64,000 nt of DNA from a virus (Duplodnaviria > Caudoviricetes), in the IMG/VR virus record IMGVR_UViG_3300025867_000014, positions 1-64,000 of that record; one strand, written 5' to 3'. The notes beneath the pieces are model-generated. The model saw nothing but the letters and a program-made list of their open reading frames with translations. It searched no databases and was not told the DNA's origin. Below are positions 61,229 through 64,000 of this stretch, one piece after another. Positions within the stretch are counted from its first letter, which is position 1. The number at the start of each line of letters is the position of its first letter. A program made the position numbers and the translations under genes.

Positions 61229-62032
61229 ATGAAAAATCACATCATTATTAATTCTGAAGAACTTCAGTATTATCTAAAGGATTTGAGAAAGATTCCTGTA
61301 ATAACACACGAAAGACAGGATGAAATCTTCGCCTTACTTAAAGATGCAACAACATCTGAAGCCCATAAGAAGAAGTTGAAAACAGAACTTGTTCTTGGGA
61401 ATTTAAGGTTTGTTATTACAATCGCAAAAGTTTATCAGAATCAGGGGTTAGACCTAATGGATTTAATATCCGAAGGAAACATAGGTCTACTAAAGGCAAT
61501 GGAAAGGTTTGACCACACATCAGGTGTGAAATTCATATCATACGCTGTATGGTGGGTTAAACAATCAATTATGGCGGGGTTGAATGAATACGCAAGAACA
61601 ATTCGTATTCCAAGTAATCTAGTTCAGGAAGCGCAAAAGCAAAAAAAGGATGATAACTGCGTGGACAAGCATCTGAATTTTGACCCAAACGAATCCGGGG
61701 AAAGTCTTCCATTTTGTATCAGTTTATCCGATGATGTTAATGATGAGGGAGACCAATTGATTGACATTATTAGGGATCCTAACGAAACCAGTCCAGAAAT
61801 TCTTCTTAATTCAAAAGAGGAAATCAAAAAAAGAGTTGATAAAGTTTTAAGTATTTTGGATGAACGCGAAAAAATTATCATCGAGAAATATTTTGGATTG
61901 AATGGTGTTGAAAGTAACTTGGATGACCTTGGCGAAGAGTTCGATTGTACAAAGGAACGAATCAGGCAACTAAAGGATAAGGCCATTAAAAAGTTAAGGA
62001 ATGAAAGTTATTTCCTCCTAAACTATTTATAA
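61229..62032 (+). CDS. Sigma70-family RNA polymerase sigma factor (no region 1.1)
   Basis: NLRFVITIAKVYQNQGLDLMDLISEGNIGLLKAMERFD..KFISYAVWWVKQSI; TKERIRQLKDKAIKKLR. Confidence 0.9.
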   Translation: MKNHIIINSEELQYYLKDLRKIPVITHERQDEIFALLKDATTSEAHKKKLKTELVLGNLRFVITIAKVYQNQGLDLMDLISEGNIGLLKAMERFDHTSGVKFISYAVWWVKQSIMAGLNEYARTIRIPSNLVQEAQKQKKDDNCVDKHLNFDPNESGESLPFCISLSDDVNDEGDQLIDIIRDPNETSPEILLNSKEEIKKRVDKVLSILDEREKIIIEKYFGLNGVESNLDDLGEEFDCTKERIRQLKDKAIKKLRNESYFLLNYL

Positions 62033-62059
62033 ATTACGAAAAAAACCGTATAATATAGT

Positions 62060-62344
62060 ATGAAAAAATTTATAACAGAAAATTTCACAATAATTGTTTT
62101 TGTCTTGTTATTATTAGCTGGATTTAAAAGTTGTAATGACAATAGAAAAATCACTAAAATGTCTAACGAAATTAAAACTTTAGAAACATATATGCGTGAT
62201 AGTTTAGTTAATAAAACGGATTTAATCATCAATGGATTAGAAACGGAAAAACGGATGATTCAAGCGACTGATAGAAAAATTTTGGATGTAAATAGACAAA
62301 ATGAAATTGAAAATGAAATAAAGAGATTAAAAGGTAATAAGTAA
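62060..62344 (+). CDS. Predicted lipoprotein; candidate outer-membrane spanin
   Basis: Hydrophobic leader ending LAGFKS-C; short coiled coil; RDSL motif. Confidence 0.5.
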   Translation: MKKFITENFTIIVFVLLLLAGFKSCNDNRKITKMSNEIKTLETYMRDSLVNKTDLIINGLETEKRMIQATDRKILDVNRQNEIENEIKRLKGNK

Positions 62345-63366
62345 TGAACTGGATTAGAAAACACTTTAAACAAATAATTTATATATCATTTTTGTTTCCT
62401 ATCTTATTGGTGGCATTTGTGTCTATTTCACATGTCACCGCCTGGTATGGAATTGCAAATCCGTTGAGTTGGGCAATTTATTTGTCCGTAGCCGTTGAAG
62501 TGGCCGCCTTGTCATCCTTGGCGGCCATTGTCGCTAAGATGGGTAAAAAAGTGTTTTTCCCATTCGGGATTGTTACATTAATTCAATTCATAGGAAACAT
62601 TTTCTTTTCCTATCAATATATTGATATCAATAGTCAAATGTTTAAAGACTGGGTTGATTTAGTGAGCCCATTAGTAACATTTATGGGTATTGAGCCAACA
62701 GATATGATTGGCCATAAAAGATTATTATCATTTTTAACAGGTGGTATGTTACCAATTATATCATTAACATTTTTAGGGTTATTAGTTAGATTCGAAGAAG
62801 AAGACTGGGATAAAAAAGATGATGTTCCAACACCAAAAGACGAACCAAATCCTGAACAAGTGATAGACGCTAAAGATTTAATGAGTGAGGTCACAAGAAT
62901 TCATCCTTCAGAAGATGAATTAAGTAAGCTGGAAGAAGTATTAAAGAATAAAACATATCGTCCACCATCAATTGCTAATGAACCTGGTGAAATACCAGAA
63001 AACTCAAAAGAGCCAGATGAAATACCAGAAAATCCAAAAGAGATAGAAATAATCGAAGATAAAGACGCGGTTCAAAAAGAATGGGTGCCTGCATTGGGTG
63101 ATGAAGAAATTAGAGAAATGGTTTTGGATGAATATGATCGTAAATACGATATGAAAGATGATGATTATGATTTATTGGTAAATACCGAATCAGTTGCAGA
63201 AGAACCGGTAGCTGAGGAAACATCGCCAGAACCAATTCCATTACCCGTTACGCCAACGCCAGAACCAATTGAAGAAAATAAGATTACACCACAAGATGAT
63301 ATTCCTTTTATTCCTGAAGTTACCGATTATATTCCACCTCAGCAAGACGAGGTAAAAAAAAAATAG
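62344..63366 (+). CDS. Multi-TM membrane protein with acidic Pro-rich tail (holin-like candidate)
   Basis: ~4 TM segments in first 150 aa; ends GTA AAA AAA AAA TAG. Confidence 0.65.
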   Translation: MNWIRKHFKQIIYISFLFPILLVAFVSISHVTAWYGIANPLSWAIYLSVAVEVAALSSLAAIVAKMGKKVFFPFGIVTLIQFIGNIFFSYQYIDINSQMFKDWVDLVSPLVTFMGIEPTDMIGHKRLLSFLTGGMLPIISLTFLGLLVRFEEEDWDKKDDVPTPKDEPNPEQVIDAKDLMSEVTRIHPSEDELSKLEEVLKNKTYRPPSIANEPGEIPENSKEPDEIPENPKEIEIIEDKDAVQKEWVPALGDEEIREMVLDEYDRKYDMKDDDYDLLVNTESVAEEPVAEETSPEPIPLPVTPTPEPIEENKITPQDDIPFIPEVTDYIPPQQDEVKKK

Positions 63367-63542
63367 TGAACACACCCGAAACAGAATCGGAAACTATTTC
63401 TTCATTGATTACTAATAAAGAACAACAAAATAAGGAAAAAGTTCCGAAGGTTGGTTTGATAGATTCTGGGAAGAAGATAATAAATCTACCAGTTAAAACA
63501 TTTATAAGAAATGTTAACAATTCAAGGCGCCAACATTCTTAA
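63363..63542 (+). CDS. Candidate -1 frameshift extension of the membrane protein
   Basis: 59 open codons IVNTPETESETISS..RRQHS in the -1 frame directly after the A10 run; only GTG 63366 as alternative start. Confidence 0.45.
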   Translation: MVNTPETESETISSLITNKEQQNKEKVPKVGLIDSGKKIINLPVKTFIRNVNNSRRQHS

Positions 63543-64000
63543 TAAGAATGATTTGAACATCGTAAAAAATCGAAGTAAAAAAACTCAGATATTTTTATAC
63601 GATACACAAAGAAGATTCGATGAATTTATTATGAAGTTGAAATATCGTCAGAACGGAAAGTATGACGATATTCCGCATTTTATAGTGCTTAAGAATGGTG
63701 ACATTTACCAAATATTTGATACCAAATTCAGTTCCAACACTTTTAATGAACCAGATATTGATAAAAAAATGATAAAAATTGCCCTTGAAAATTTGGGGTG
63801 GTTAAATAAAAATACGATAACTGGAGTATTAAATAATTGGATAAACGATAAATTTCGTTCCAATCCATATGTTAAAAAATGGAGAGGATATTACTTTTGG
63901 GATCCGTATACCGAAGACCAAATGAAATCCCTTGTTAGTCTATGCAGGGAGCTATGTGAAAAAAATAAAATACCATATCAGTCAGTACCGTCACACGGAT
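63511..64000 (+). CDS. N-acetylmuramoyl-L-alanine amidase-like (Amidase_2) protein, truncated by window end
   Basis: PHFIVLKNGDIYQIFD..IKIALENLG..YTEDQMKSLVSLC..SH; not in supplied ORF track because it runs off the edge. Confidence 0.7.
   Translation, partial: MLTIQGANILNKNDLNIVKNRSKKTQIFLYDTQRRFDEFIMKLKYRQNGKYDDIPHFIVLKNGDIYQIFDTKFSSNTFNEPDIDKKMIKIALENLGWLNKNTITGVLNNWINDKFRSNPYVKKWRGYYFWDPYTEDQMKSLVSLCRELCEKNKIPYQSVPSHG

Noticed and set aside
1099-63520. Remaining minus-strand and nested short ORFs of the track
   Set aside because: All overlap well-supported plus-strand genes and have frame-shadow composition
1-64000. Genome-wide stop-codon reassignment
   Set aside because: Enzymes and multi-kb structural genes are intact in the standard code
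1-64000. tRNA, rRNA or riboswitch genes
   Set aside because: Intergenic gaps are short and AT-rich; no cloverleaf or conserved cores seen by eye

Overview
A 64-kb slice of a large AT-rich, contractile-tailed (myovirus-type) jumbo phage; every supportable gene is on the + strand in the standard code. A Bacteroidota host is inferred from a Bacteroidota-type sigma factor, A-rich SD-poor leaders and D-(S/T)-hydrophobic motifs in envelope proteins. Order: tail tube, chaperone, tape measure, baseplate/hub (0.3-15.9 kb); SSB, RecA-like, 5'-3' exonuclease, DnaB, class II RNR (17-26 kb); baseplate wedge and large peripheral tail proteins, ending in a cassette of Thr-Pro-linked adhesin-like proteins (27-53 kb); RuvC, primase, nucleases, Mre11/Rad50 (53-60 kb); sigma factor inside a candidate lysis module (60-64 kb). 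Best leads: (1) a [S/T]-G-x-T motif dense in peripheral virion proteins and absent from enzymes, tube and tape measure, plus mucin-like Thr-Pro stalks, suggesting an undescribed virion modification (glycosylation) code; (2) two circularly permuted Fib_succ_major domains in a mix-and-match fiber cassette; (3) three free-standing endonuclease genes whose starts are buried in hairpins containing the late-promoter motif TATTTAT; (4) candidate recoding sites: +1 (2748), -1 (63354) and a possible bypass or decayed gene (19020). Domain names come from motif recognition by eye, counts are manual, and no database search was run.
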